A stretch of 63,409 nt of DNA, taken from positions 1 through 63,409 of the IMG/VR virus record IMGVR_UViG_3300033125_000241. The stretch is one strand, 5' to 3'. The position numbers were made by a program, and so were the translations under genes. This document shows positions 8,535-16,696 of this stretch, one piece after another. Source of the stretch: a virus. Lineage: Duplodnaviria > Caudoviricetes. The notes below the pieces were generated by a model. That model was not told the origin of the DNA. It searched no databases and saw only the letters and a list, made by a program, of their open reading frames with translations. Positions within the stretch are counted from its first letter, which is position 1, and every line of letters starts with the position of its first letter.

Positions 8535-8911
8535 AAGCCTGGCAAGACTTAGAAACAAATCCACACGTCTCACTCTATAGAACTAGAGTGAGCGAGTGGT
8601 ACATTGACATGGGAGTAAAGATTGAGAAGTTTGATGATGATGGGCGCATAGAGATCAAGAACACTATGACACCGAACGAGAAGTTCAATGATATCAGTGA
8701 TGAAGAGAGGTTGATCTTTGAGAATGAAGGTTGGAAGGCAGGTTGTTGGACTGTTAATGTCAATGTATTAGAGAAAAAGCTTGAGTGGCAGGAGCATTTA
8801 TTGGAGAGTGGATGTCTAATTGGTCCGGAGACGATGCAGAAAAAAATAAAAATAAATCGTGATAAATTGTTGGATTATCAACAAAGATTAGTTAAGTTTG
8901 TAACCCCTTAA
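8531..8911 (+). CDS. hypothetical protein
   Basis: coupled ORF. Confidence 0.7.
   Translation: MKAWQDLETNPHVSLYRTRVSEWYIDMGVKIEKFDDDGRIEIKNTMTPNEKFNDISDEERLIFENEGWKAGCWTVNVNVLEKKLEWQEHLLESGCLIGPETMQKKIKINRDKLLDYQQRLVKFVTP
8893..8900 (+). promoter_or_regulatory. -7 promoter element TAAGTTTG
   Basis: TAnnTTTG ~21 bp upstream of 8922. Confidence 0.6.
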
Positions 8912-8921
8912 ATTAAATTAA

Positions 8922-9416
8922 ATGAATAAACAAACACACTGGCGCAACATGATGGCCGACAACAAGTACTTGGGTGCTTGGGATTTAGAAGTGAATGGTA
9001 AGTACGAGCCAAGAGTCGTAACAATTGAGAAGGTATACCAAGATACTTTCGTTGGGGAGATGGGTAAGGAGCAGAAGGTATTCATAAAGCTTAAAGAGTT
9101 TAGTAAGCCTATGGTAACAAACCGCACGAACTTCAAGAGACTTGAGGTATTTTTCGACTCGTTCAATCCGGATGACTATACTGGTAAGCAGATAGTATTG
9201 GGAGCTGAGAAGGTCAAGAGTCCTCAAGGCATGGTTGAGGCATTGCGATTTAGCACAAGGCCATTACCTAAGAAGGAGTTACCATTGTTGCCTGACGATA
9301 GGTTTCAAGGAGCTATTGACTCTATTAAATCTAAGCGAACAACATACGATGCAATCAGTAAGCAGTTCAAGTTAACTGATGATCAGATAAAACAATTGAA
9401 GGATGCTGAGGCTTAG
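8922..9416 (+). CDS. recombination-module protein (possible ssDNA annealing/binding)
   Basis: HWR…YLGAWDL; lies before the exonuclease and SSB; function inferred from synteny. Confidence 0.5.
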   Translation: MNKQTHWRNMMADNKYLGAWDLEVNGKYEPRVVTIEKVYQDTFVGEMGKEQKVFIKLKEFSKPMVTNRTNFKRLEVFFDSFNPDDYTGKQIVLGAEKVKSPQGMVEALRFSTRPLPKKELPLLPDDRFQGAIDSIKSKRTTYDAISKQFKLTDDQIKQLKDAEA

Positions 9417-10167
9417 GTCATCTACAGCTAGTCCTGTGTTCCTTGGCGACGATGGTTTGACGGCCAAGCAGAACGAACTCCTCGAGGAGTTGCTCGGTAA
9501 GATAAAGTTAACAGAGAAGCAGGCTGAGAAACGCGATGAGTTGATAGTCAAACGCGATCAGCCTGTTGAACTGTCGGCAGGAGCAAAGACGTTGATCGAG
9601 GAGTATGTTGACAGGAAGGTATATCAATATGAAGAGGACTTTTCTAACCCAAAGACTGAGAAAGGTTGGGCTGTTGAGGCTGAGTCAATTGAGATATACA
9701 ATAGGGTGTTCTTCACTAACTACAAGAAGCTTGATGAAGGTGACAAGTTTTATAGTCTTTCATATGGCATACTTGGTGGTCATCCTGACATTGTTGATTG
9801 TGAGAGAAGAAAGGTTATTGATATCAAGTCATCCTGGACAAAAAAGACATTCCCAAAGACTAAGGAGAAGGCCTTTGACACCGGGTATCAGTGGCAGGTT
9901 AAGTTATACTTATATATGTTGACAAAGATAACGGGTGAGCAGTGGAGACATGGTGAGGTAGCTCATGTGTTAACGACAACACCTGAGGGTATTAAGCCTG
10001 AGTGGGAGAATGACAGTCTGCATTACATGGACAACCTTAGTGACAATTTAAGAGTAACTGTTGTTACAGTTGAGTTGACTGACGATGACATCTTAAAGAT
10101 TGAGCGCAGGATGAAGGCAGCTGCTGATTATGCGAATGAGTACTATAATAAATTAATAAACAAATGA
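9403..10167 (+). CDS. PD-(D/E)XK exonuclease (lambda exo/YqaJ-like)
   Basis: KGWAVE, GHPDIV…DIKSS, YQWQVKLY. Confidence 0.8.
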   Translation: MLRLRSSTASPVFLGDDGLTAKQNELLEELLGKIKLTEKQAEKRDELIVKRDQPVELSAGAKTLIEEYVDRKVYQYEEDFSNPKTEKGWAVEAESIEIYNRVFFTNYKKLDEGDKFYSLSYGILGGHPDIVDCERRKVIDIKSSWTKKTFPKTKEKAFDTGYQWQVKLYLYMLTKITGEQWRHGEVAHVLTTTPEGIKPEWENDSLHYMDNLSDNLRVTVVTVELTDDDILKIERRMKAAADYANEYYNKLINK

Positions 10168-10331
10168 TAGAGGTACAACAAGTAAAGAACGGCTACATCG
10201 TAAGAGATAGCAGTAAGAACGGAACGACTGACTATGTGTTGGTATTTCAAACAATGGCTGAACTATTGAGATATGTCAGCGAACATTTTACCCACAGGCA
10301 GCAAGAGGTGTTGACCGATGGGCCTTTTTAG
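10164..10331 (+). CDS. hypothetical protein (55 aa, not in ORF track)
   Basis: MIEVQQVKNGYIV…, ATGA-coupled. Confidence 0.55.
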   Translation: MIEVQQVKNGYIVRDSSKNGTTDYVLVFQTMAELLRYVSEHFTHRQQEVLTDGPF

Positions 10332-10354
10332 TAATCAATTAAAATCAAATAAAA

Positions 10355-10699
10355 ATGAGTGCATTTAAAATGAAGGGTGTGGTCAAGGTGATCAGACCGA
10401 CACAGCATGTGTCAGAGAAGTTTAGCAAGCGTGAGTTTGTAGTTACTGATAGTTCAGACGACAAGTATCCTCAAGATATCATGTTCGAGTTAACGCAAGA
10501 CAAGACATCATTACTTGATAGTATAATGGAAGGTCAAGATGTTTTAGTATCTTTTAATTTAAGAGGTCGTGAGTGGAAGTCACCACAAGGTGAAGTAAAG
10601 TATTTCAATACATTGAATGCTTTCAAGATTGATACAAATGAAGTAGTTCCGGTTGCTATCACTATTGCGAGCAATGATGACGAAGATTTACCTTTCTAG
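10355..10699 (+). CDS. DUF3127 family OB-fold ssDNA-binding protein
   Basis: KREFVV…YPQ…FNLRGREW…YFN; acidic DDEDLPF tail. Confidence 0.85.
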   Translation: MSAFKMKGVVKVIRPTQHVSEKFSKREFVVTDSSDDKYPQDIMFELTQDKTSLLDSIMEGQDVLVSFNLRGREWKSPQGEVKYFNTLNAFKIDTNEVVPVAITIASNDDEDLPF

Positions 10700-10701
10700 T
10701 T

Positions 10702-10872
10702 ATGGGTTGGTTAGTATTTTATTGGTTATTCTCAGCAGGATTCGCCTTTGGGGTAACACATGGAGAGCATGATAGGTTGTTTGAAACTACAATGAAAATT
10801 ATTTTAAGCATATTAGCTGGTTGGTTCATGATGCCAATATACCTTGGCAGTTGGTTGGATTTAAAACGTTAA
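10702..10872 (+). CDS. small two-TM membrane protein (not in ORF track)
   Basis: MGWLVFYWLFSAGFAFG…ILSILAGWFMMPIYLG. Confidence 0.55.
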   Translation: MGWLVFYWLFSAGFAFGVTHGEHDRLFETTMKIILSILAGWFMMPIYLGSWLDLKR

Positions 10873-10877
10873 CTTTG
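10870..10877 (+). promoter_or_regulatory. -7 promoter element TAACTTTG
   Basis: TAnnTTTG 13 bp upstream of 10891. Confidence 0.65.
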
Positions 10878-10890
10878 TTAAAAAATAATT

Positions 10891-11232
10891 ATGGAAACAG
10901 GTAAATTTATTGGGATGCTATTCCAATCGAGAGACATGATGCACTTGCAGCATTTACAAACAACATCATTTGCAGAGCACAAGGCTTTGGGAGGATATTA
11001 TGATGGGATTTTAGACTTGACTGACTCATTTACTGAGGTATATTTTGGTCGAAACAAGCGAATTCCGATTGTTATTCCTGAGTCAAAGGTTGCTGACGCA
11101 ATGAGTCATTTGAAATCAATGCAGTCATTAATTGACGGAGAGCGTAACAACTATCCAAGTGAGTTGCAGAACATCATGGATGAGATGTTAGCTCTTATCA
11201 ATAAGACGTTGTATCTATTGACGTTAGTGTAA
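10891..11232 (+). CDS. ferritin/Dps-like four-helix protein (DUF5856-like)
   Basis: HLQHLQT-SFAEHKALG-YYD…D…E; LQNIMDE…KTLYLLTL. Confidence 0.75.
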   Translation: METGKFIGMLFQSRDMMHLQHLQTTSFAEHKALGGYYDGILDLTDSFTEVYFGRNKRIPIVIPESKVADAMSHLKSMQSLIDGERNNYPSELQNIMDEMLALINKTLYLLTLV

Positions 11233-11367
11233 GATTAGCCCGAAGTACAAGGGAACGTAGCTCGATGAACGCTTATATGGCGCACCAGTCATTCCTAAAT
11301 CGTAAGTTAGGTGAAGTTGGCAACTCTTACAGGTCAGAAGAAAAGTTGCAACTTACCAAATGGTAAG

Positions 11368-11430
11368 GTTCTCAAGTGGCTGAGTGGTTAAGGCATGATA
11401 GTCGATGGTTCGAATCCATCCTTGAGAACA
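11368..11430 (+). ncRNA. tRNA-like RNA lacking an anticodon arm
   Basis: GTTCTCAAG/CTTGAGAAC stem, TGGCTGAGTGGTTAAGGC D arm, GATGG-TTCGAAT-CCATC T arm, only 9 nt between D and T arms. Confidence 0.75.
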
Positions 11431-11493
11431 AAAGTTCATGGTGAACAGCAGTTATAGTTCTGTGGTTAGCCCTACATACAGGGTAAAAACTAT

Positions 11494-11525
11494 ATGCCGA
11501 TAGGTATGTCTAGTCGGCATTTTTA
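11494..11525 (+). terminator. intrinsic terminator
   Basis: ATGCCGA…TCGGCAT followed by a T-run. Confidence 0.65.
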
Positions 11526-11544
11526 ATCTAATAAAATTTAATAT

Positions 11545-11895
11545 ATGCTAAATAAAGGTCAAAATGTAAGGATAACTATCGATGATAGTTACTTCAAGAA
11601 AGGTCAGATAGTTGAGGTACATGAGCCTGATAAATATGGTGCTTGGTTGATAGGTGATGACAAGTATGGCAGACGCAATGAATGGTATTTCAAGTATGGC
11701 GACTTTGATGTCGTTGATTTAGTTGTCGAGAGTATAATCGAAAAATTTAAAGAAAGATCAGCTGTTGGTATTAAGAAGTACGGCACTACGTTGCACGAGA
11801 ATAATTCTGACGACTTTTTAAATCATCTACAGGAAGAGCTGATGGATGCGATATTGTATATTCAAAAACTAAGACATGAAAAAACCAAAAAATAA
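11545..11895 (+). CDS. SH3-like N-terminus + MazG-like (d)NTP pyrophosphohydrolase-like domain
   Basis: RSAVGIKKYGTTL…HLQEELMDAILY. Confidence 0.55.
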   Translation: MLNKGQNVRITIDDSYFKKGQIVEVHEPDKYGAWLIGDDKYGRRNEWYFKYGDFDVVDLVVESIIEKFKERSAVGIKKYGTTLHENNSDDFLNHLQEELMDAILYIQKLRHEKTKK

Positions 11896-12331
11896 ATACT
11901 ACCTAGGTAAGATAGTTCATGGTTGTCCATACTTTATGCCTAGGAATTTCAATCGAAACATAATAAGTATCCGAAAGAATAGCATCCCAATGGTCAGACG
12001 AGCGAAGGATTGGACGTTCAACCTATTTGGTAATCAGTATTGGATAGAGATAGGTTGGCCAATAAAGATAGTGAGACATGGGTTAGGATGGAAAGATAAG
12101 TATGACACACCTAGGTTCGAATTTGCACCAGGGTTTTATATATACTTTTTCCATTGGCAGTTTTGTATATGGAAGGTATCACCTATAGGTAGAACCGACC
12201 TATACTACGAGCAAAAGTTATGGCTTGAGAAGTATAGTGACAATGATTACAATAAAGCAAAGGAGACATGGCCTTGGGTTGACGGCCACACTAAAAAGTC
12301 AACATGGGATGATAAATTTTTTGATATATGA
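11876..12331 (+). CDS. Trp-rich hypothetical protein
   Basis: coupled ORF. Confidence 0.7.
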   Translation: MKKPKNKYYLGKIVHGCPYFMPRNFNRNIISIRKNSIPMVRRAKDWTFNLFGNQYWIEIGWPIKIVRHGLGWKDKYDTPRFEFAPGFYIYFFHWQFCIWKVSPIGRTDLYYEQKLWLEKYSDNDYNKAKETWPWVDGHTKKSTWDDKFFDI

Positions 12332-12708
12332 GACAGTTAGTTTATAATGCAGTAACATGTGTAGAGTGTTTAAAGACAATAGTTAGTTATCACAGACACG
12401 ACTATAAGTTATGCGGATGTAAGAACGAAGCAATGGTTGATGGTGGAACAGATTACATAAGATATGGTGGTAAAAATTTAAAGAAAGTTGTTCATCATGC
12501 TGTGTATGATGATGATGACTTTGAGAAGGTAAGGCAGTATGCTACACGAGGCAGTCGTGGTAAAGATGGGAAGCAGCCATTATCGTATATCGCGATATGC
12601 AATATGGATGATGATTACTTGCAGGCCGTACTTGATTATGGTGGCGCAGAATGGCATTTAGATTTAATTAGAAAAGAAATAAAATATAGAAAAGATGGAA
12701 AGATGTAG
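12328..12708 (+). CDS. Zn-binding phage protein
   Basis: CVEC…HRHDY..CGC…VDGGTDY. Confidence 0.7.
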   Translation: MRQLVYNAVTCVECLKTIVSYHRHDYKLCGCKNEAMVDGGTDYIRYGGKNLKKVVHHAVYDDDDFEKVRQYATRGSRGKDGKQPLSYIAICNMDDDYLQAVLDYGGAEWHLDLIRKEIKYRKDGKM

Positions 12709-13012
12709 TCACTGTGGATCTCTTATTAGAGATTATAATGTTAGCGAATTTTTAGATAAGGTTATGACCTTAATAGATCAAGATGATTTAAATGTACCTT
12801 CTAGGAGTCAAACTAAGAGTCATAAGAGATACTTCTTGTACAAAAAAATGCGAGACATGGGTTTGACGTATGAAGGGATTGGTGAATATTTTGGAAGAGA
12901 CCATGCAACTATTATTCATGGTGTTAAGAAACATGAGATTTATGTTGAAATAAAAGATTCAAAATATTTAAAAGACATCGAAGATTATGATAACTTATTT
13001 CAAAACAATTAG
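12695..13012 (+). CDS. DnaA C-terminal-like HTH protein
   Basis: IGEYFGRDHATIIHG resembles DnaA domain IV (GGRDHTTV). Confidence 0.7.
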   Translation: MERCSHCGSLIRDYNVSEFLDKVMTLIDQDDLNVPSRSQTKSHKRYFLYKKMRDMGLTYEGIGEYFGRDHATIIHGVKKHEIYVEIKDSKYLKDIEDYDNLFQNN

Positions 13013-15350
13013 TGACACAGCTACACCTTACCATGTTGACGTATCAGTTGCAATTGACAGAATAAAGAGTGGCAAGTCAAAAGAATTAGTTGAGGCTGTA
13101 AGAAGTGAGGATGAGAAGGATAAGCGTAATGAGAAGAAGAAAAAACTTCCTGCTATTTGTTTCTCAGGTACATTCTCAAGACGTGCTGACAATGCTATCA
13201 TTGATCATAGTGGGATAATATGTATTGACTTTGATGGATTTAGAGATGAGCAACATTTATTCACTAAGCGCGAGGAACTTATAAATGACAACTACTCTTA
13301 TTGTGTTTTTATATCACCATCCGGTGATGGCATAAAGGTATTAGTTAGGATACCAAAAGACCCAATGAATCACAAGAAGTACTTCAATGCATTACAGAAG
13401 CACTACAATTGTGATGAGTTTGACGTGACGTGTAAGAACATTAGTCGAGTATGCTATGAGTCGTATGATCCAGACATCTATGTTAATGAGCTATCATTCG
13501 TTTGGTCTGACATGGACAACTCTAATGAGTACAAACCAATGGTTAAACCAATGATACGTGTTGATGACAGCAATGAGATAGTAAGACGATTGACATTGTG
13601 GTGGCAGAAGAACTACGGCATGATACCTGGTCAACGCAATAATAACTTATACATACTTGCATGTGCGTTCAATGAGTTTGGTATTGATAGGCATACTGCT
13701 CGACAAATCATTGACTCATACGACACCAATGGTGACATGGCTAGAGAGATACCATTGTTATTTGAGAGTGCATATAAAAACACATCGACACATAACACCA
13801 AATTCTATGAGGACATTGACAAGACTGTTGCCATAAAGAACGACATAAAGATTGGTGTGCCTTTGCAGAAGATAGCTGAGGTGTATAATGATGTGCCTGC
13901 TGAGGTGATTGAGCATATCAATAGTGAGGAAGATCCGAATAGGTTTTGGACCAAATCATCTAAGGGTAAGATTGACCTAGTGCCAAATTTACTTAGGGAT
14001 TATCTGAGTAACAATGGATTCTATAAGTACTATCCTGATGGATCTAAGAACTTTGTATTTATACATATACAAGACAACGTAATAAAAGATTCAAGCGAAG
14101 AGATTATCAAGGATTTTATATTGGACTACCTTGAGAACATAAACGACATGTCTGTGTATAATTACTTTGCTATGAACACTAAGTTCTTTACTGAGAACTT
14201 CTTGAACTTCCTTCCAAGGATTGATGCCAATTTCATGATGGACAACTCAGATAGTGCTTATTTATACTACAATAATTGTGCTGTCAAAGTAACCAGAAAA
14301 GGTGTTGAGCGTATAGAATATAAAGACTTGAATGGTCTTGTTTGGGATGATCAGAAGATAAAACGAAACTTCACTGAGTCAGCATTTGATGATTGCGAAT
14401 ATAAGAGATTCATAACAAACATTTCAGGCGATGACAAGGAGCGAATTAAATCAGTTGAGTCAACGATTGGTTATTTAATGCATAGCCATAAGCCTGCGAG
14501 CTATTGTCCTGCTGTCATCCTTAATGATGAGGTGATAAGCGACAATCCAGAAGGTGGTACTGGTAAAGGTATCTTTGTTAAGTCAGTGAGTCACATGAAG
14601 AAGATGGTAATCATTGATGGTAAGGGATTCAGCTTTCAGAAGTCATTCCCATATCAGAGGGTGCAGGTTGATACGCAGGTATTGGTATTTGATGACGTTA
14701 GCAAGCACTTTGACTTCGAGCGTTTGTTCTCGGTTATTACTGAGGGTATTACACTTGAGAAGAAGAACAAAGATGAGATACATATTCCATTTGAGAGGTC
14801 ACCAAAGATTGTCATAACAACAAACTATGCTATCAAGGGAGCAGGTAACTCGTTCGAGAGACGTAAATGGGATTTGGAGTTGAAGCAGTACTACAATAAA
14901 TCATTCACACCGGAGACTGAGTTTGGACATATGTTATTCAGTGGCTGGGATGAGTATGAGTGGAATAAGTTTGACAACTACATGATAAATAACCTGCAAT
15001 CTTATTTGAATAAAGGTCTAGTACGTAGTGAGTTTAAGAACTTAAAAACTCGTAAATTTATTGCTGAGACAAGTTCTGACTTTTGGGAGTGGGCTGTATC
15101 GAATGACAATGTGTATACCAAGGCCAATGTTAAGTCTCTTGGTCAAGATCTATTTAATTCATTCACGCAAGAGTATCCTGATTACGCTACATATGGTAGG
15201 TTCAAGATATCACAGAATAAGTTCTATCGATGGATTGATAGCTATGGTGAGTTTGCATTTGGTAAGAAACCAATTGTCACACGAAATGCTCTTGGGAAGA
15301 ATATTGAATTTATAGTTAAAGAAGATGAACAATTAAACTTGAGGTTATGA
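12987..15350 (+). CDS. primase-helicase (VirE-N/BT4734-like primase, PriCT, SF3 helicase)
   Basis: KKKLPAICFSG, IDFD, SPSGDGIK, GQRNNNLY; Walker A GGTGKG, Walker B LVFDD, ITTN, SFERR. Confidence 0.9.
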   Translation: MITYFKTISDTATPYHVDVSVAIDRIKSGKSKELVEAVRSEDEKDKRNEKKKKLPAICFSGTFSRRADNAIIDHSGIICIDFDGFRDEQHLFTKREELINDNYSYCVFISPSGDGIKVLVRIPKDPMNHKKYFNALQKHYNCDEFDVTCKNISRVCYESYDPDIYVNELSFVWSDMDNSNEYKPMVKPMIRVDDSNEIVRRLTLWWQKNYGMIPGQRNNNLYILACAFNEFGIDRHTARQIIDSYDTNGDMAREIPLLFESAYKNTSTHNTKFYEDIDKTVAIKNDIKIGVPLQKIAEVYNDVPAEVIEHINSEEDPNRFWTKSSKGKIDLVPNLLRDYLSNNGFYKYYPDGSKNFVFIHIQDNVIKDSSEEIIKDFILDYLENINDMSVYNYFAMNTKFFTENFLNFLPRIDANFMMDNSDSAYLYYNNCAVKVTRKGVERIEYKDLNGLVWDDQKIKRNFTESAFDDCEYKRFITNISGDDKERIKSVESTIGYLMHSHKPASYCPAVILNDEVISDNPEGGTGKGIFVKSVSHMKKMVIIDGKGFSFQKSFPYQRVQVDTQVLVFDDVSKHFDFERLFSVITEGITLEKKNKDEIHIPFERSPKIVITTNYAIKGAGNSFERRKWDLELKQYYNKSFTPETEFGHMLFSGWDEYEWNKFDNYMINNLQSYLNKGLVRSEFKNLKTRKFIAETSSDFWEWAVSNDNVYTKANVKSLGQDLFNSFTQEYPDYATYGRFKISQNKFYRWIDSYGEFAFGKKPIVTRNALGKNIEFIVKEDEQLNLRL

Positions 15351-15658
15351 ATTTCTGCGAGTCTGTAATTAGAAAGAGATTGGAGTTTGCTGAGAAGCTC
15401 CATGGGTATGCCAAGCATGGTACAAGAAGAAAAAATGAGCTTTCTAAAATGTGTAGAGATTACAAGGAAGCTCATGACTTTCTTACTGGTAAGATTGAAG
15501 CTGTATCTTTTGTTCCGGACTATAGCATTAGAGAAATCAAACGGCAGTTAAATTGGTTGGAATACGACAAAGACTTGCATGCTGAAGCGATTGATGAAGT
15601 AAATTATATTGTAAATAAAATGAAAGAAGATGGAAAAGATAACAGTATTGATAGGTAA
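15347..15658 (+). CDS. hypothetical protein
   Basis: coupled ORF. Confidence 0.7.
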   Translation: MNFCESVIRKRLEFAEKLHGYAKHGTRRKNELSKMCRDYKEAHDFLTGKIEAVSFVPDYSIREIKRQLNWLEYDKDLHAEAIDEVNYIVNKMKEDGKDNSIDR

Positions 15659-16025
15659 TTCAGAAGATAAAATTGCAGAGACAGTTGCTTCATACGACAA
15701 AGATAATGTTGTATTTATTGACTGTGATTATTATTATCCGCATGGAAGAAAACGTAGAAAAATGTTAGTTGGCTTTTCGCGCCATTGTAGTCAAAATACT
15801 GAATTAGTAGTAATAAAGGGCTTTAAATATGCATCTGACATAGGAGAACTAATTAGTGATACGTATGAAGGAATCGCCATAGAGAAACAAGGTAAGGATA
15901 TATTTTATATACATCCAAAAATAATAGTCGTATGTGCTGAAGATATATCCATAGATGATTTTCCTTTGGAGTCAATCTCATTTAAAAGACGTGTTTCAAT
16001 AATAAACTGCAATGTTTGTTTTTAA
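15630..16025 (+). CDS. degenerate SF3 ATPase-like protein
   Basis: EGIAIEKQGKD, PKIIV and SFKRR align with the helicase; Walker A/B lost. Confidence 0.6.
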   Translation: MEKITVLIGNSEDKIAETVASYDKDNVVFIDCDYYYPHGRKRRKMLVGFSRHCSQNTELVVIKGFKYASDIGELISDTYEGIAIEKQGKDIFYIHPKIIVVCAEDISIDDFPLESISFKRRVSIINCNVCF

Positions 16026-16038
16026 TAAAAGTATTTTT

Positions 16039-16046
16039 TATATTTG
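16039..16046 (+). promoter_or_regulatory. -7 promoter element TATATTTG
   Basis: TAnnTTTG. Confidence 0.7.
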
Positions 16047-16050
16047 TGAC

Positions 16051-16138
16051 GTGTAGTTGCGGACACAAGTAGAAATTATAATAATTGCTATTAGGGAGTA
16101 GAGACCGCAACCTCGAAACCTAATAGCATTTTTGTTTT
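16051..16138 (+). ncRNA. structured 5' leader (kissing loop + loop E), copy B
   Basis: loop GTTGCGG complementary to loop CCGCAAC; AGTA/GAA internal loop; T-tract. Confidence 0.65.
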
Positions 16139-16696
16139 ATGGAAATATGGAAGGCAATCGATGGTTTTGAGAATTATGAAATTTCAAACTACGGTAGAGT
16201 GAAAAGGAATGAATGTACTATAGTATATTCTAATGGAATGATAACTAAATATAAAGAAAAGTATTTAAAATTAGAATCAAATAGATGCAATGGAAAAGGG
16301 AGCTACAAAAGGGTTACTTTATGCAAAAACAACAAACCTAAAAGATTTCAAGTTCATAGACTAGTAGCTCAATATTTTATAGATAACCCACATAATAAAA
16401 AATGTGTTAATCACATAGATGGAAATCCTAGCAATAATAATATTAAAAATCTTGAATGGTGTACTCATTCAGAAAACGAAAGACATTCTTATGATATTTT
16501 AGGAAAAATAAATGCAAATAGAAAGTTGTCAAATAAAGCAATTGAAGATATTTTAAAAAATTGTATTAAAGGTGTAAATAAAGTAAATAAAGGAAATGTA
16601 GAGGAATTTATGATAAGGTATAATGTTTCTCAAGGAACTATATTAAATGTAATTAATAAAAAATATTATGTTGGAATTAAGAAGTTATCAAGTTGA
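16139..16696 (+). CDS. NUMOD4-HNH homing endonuclease
   Basis: EIWKAIDGFENYEISNYGRV; VHRLVA…VNHIDGNPSNN…NLEWCT..EN. Confidence 0.92.
   Translation: MEIWKAIDGFENYEISNYGRVKRNECTIVYSNGMITKYKEKYLKLESNRCNGKGSYKRVTLCKNNKPKRFQVHRLVAQYFIDNPHNKKCVNHIDGNPSNNNIKNLEWCTHSENERHSYDILGKINANRKLSNKAIEDILKNCIKGVNKVNKGNVEEFMIRYNVSQGTILNVINKKYYVGIKKLSS

Noticed and set aside
11255-11345. Second hammerhead (CTCGATGA…GAAA)
   Set aside because: The core is not CTGANGA and no consistent stems I-III can be built.
11368-11430. Canonical tRNA gene
   Set aside because: No anticodon stem-loop fits in the 9 nt between the D and T arms; reported as tRNA-like ncRNA instead.
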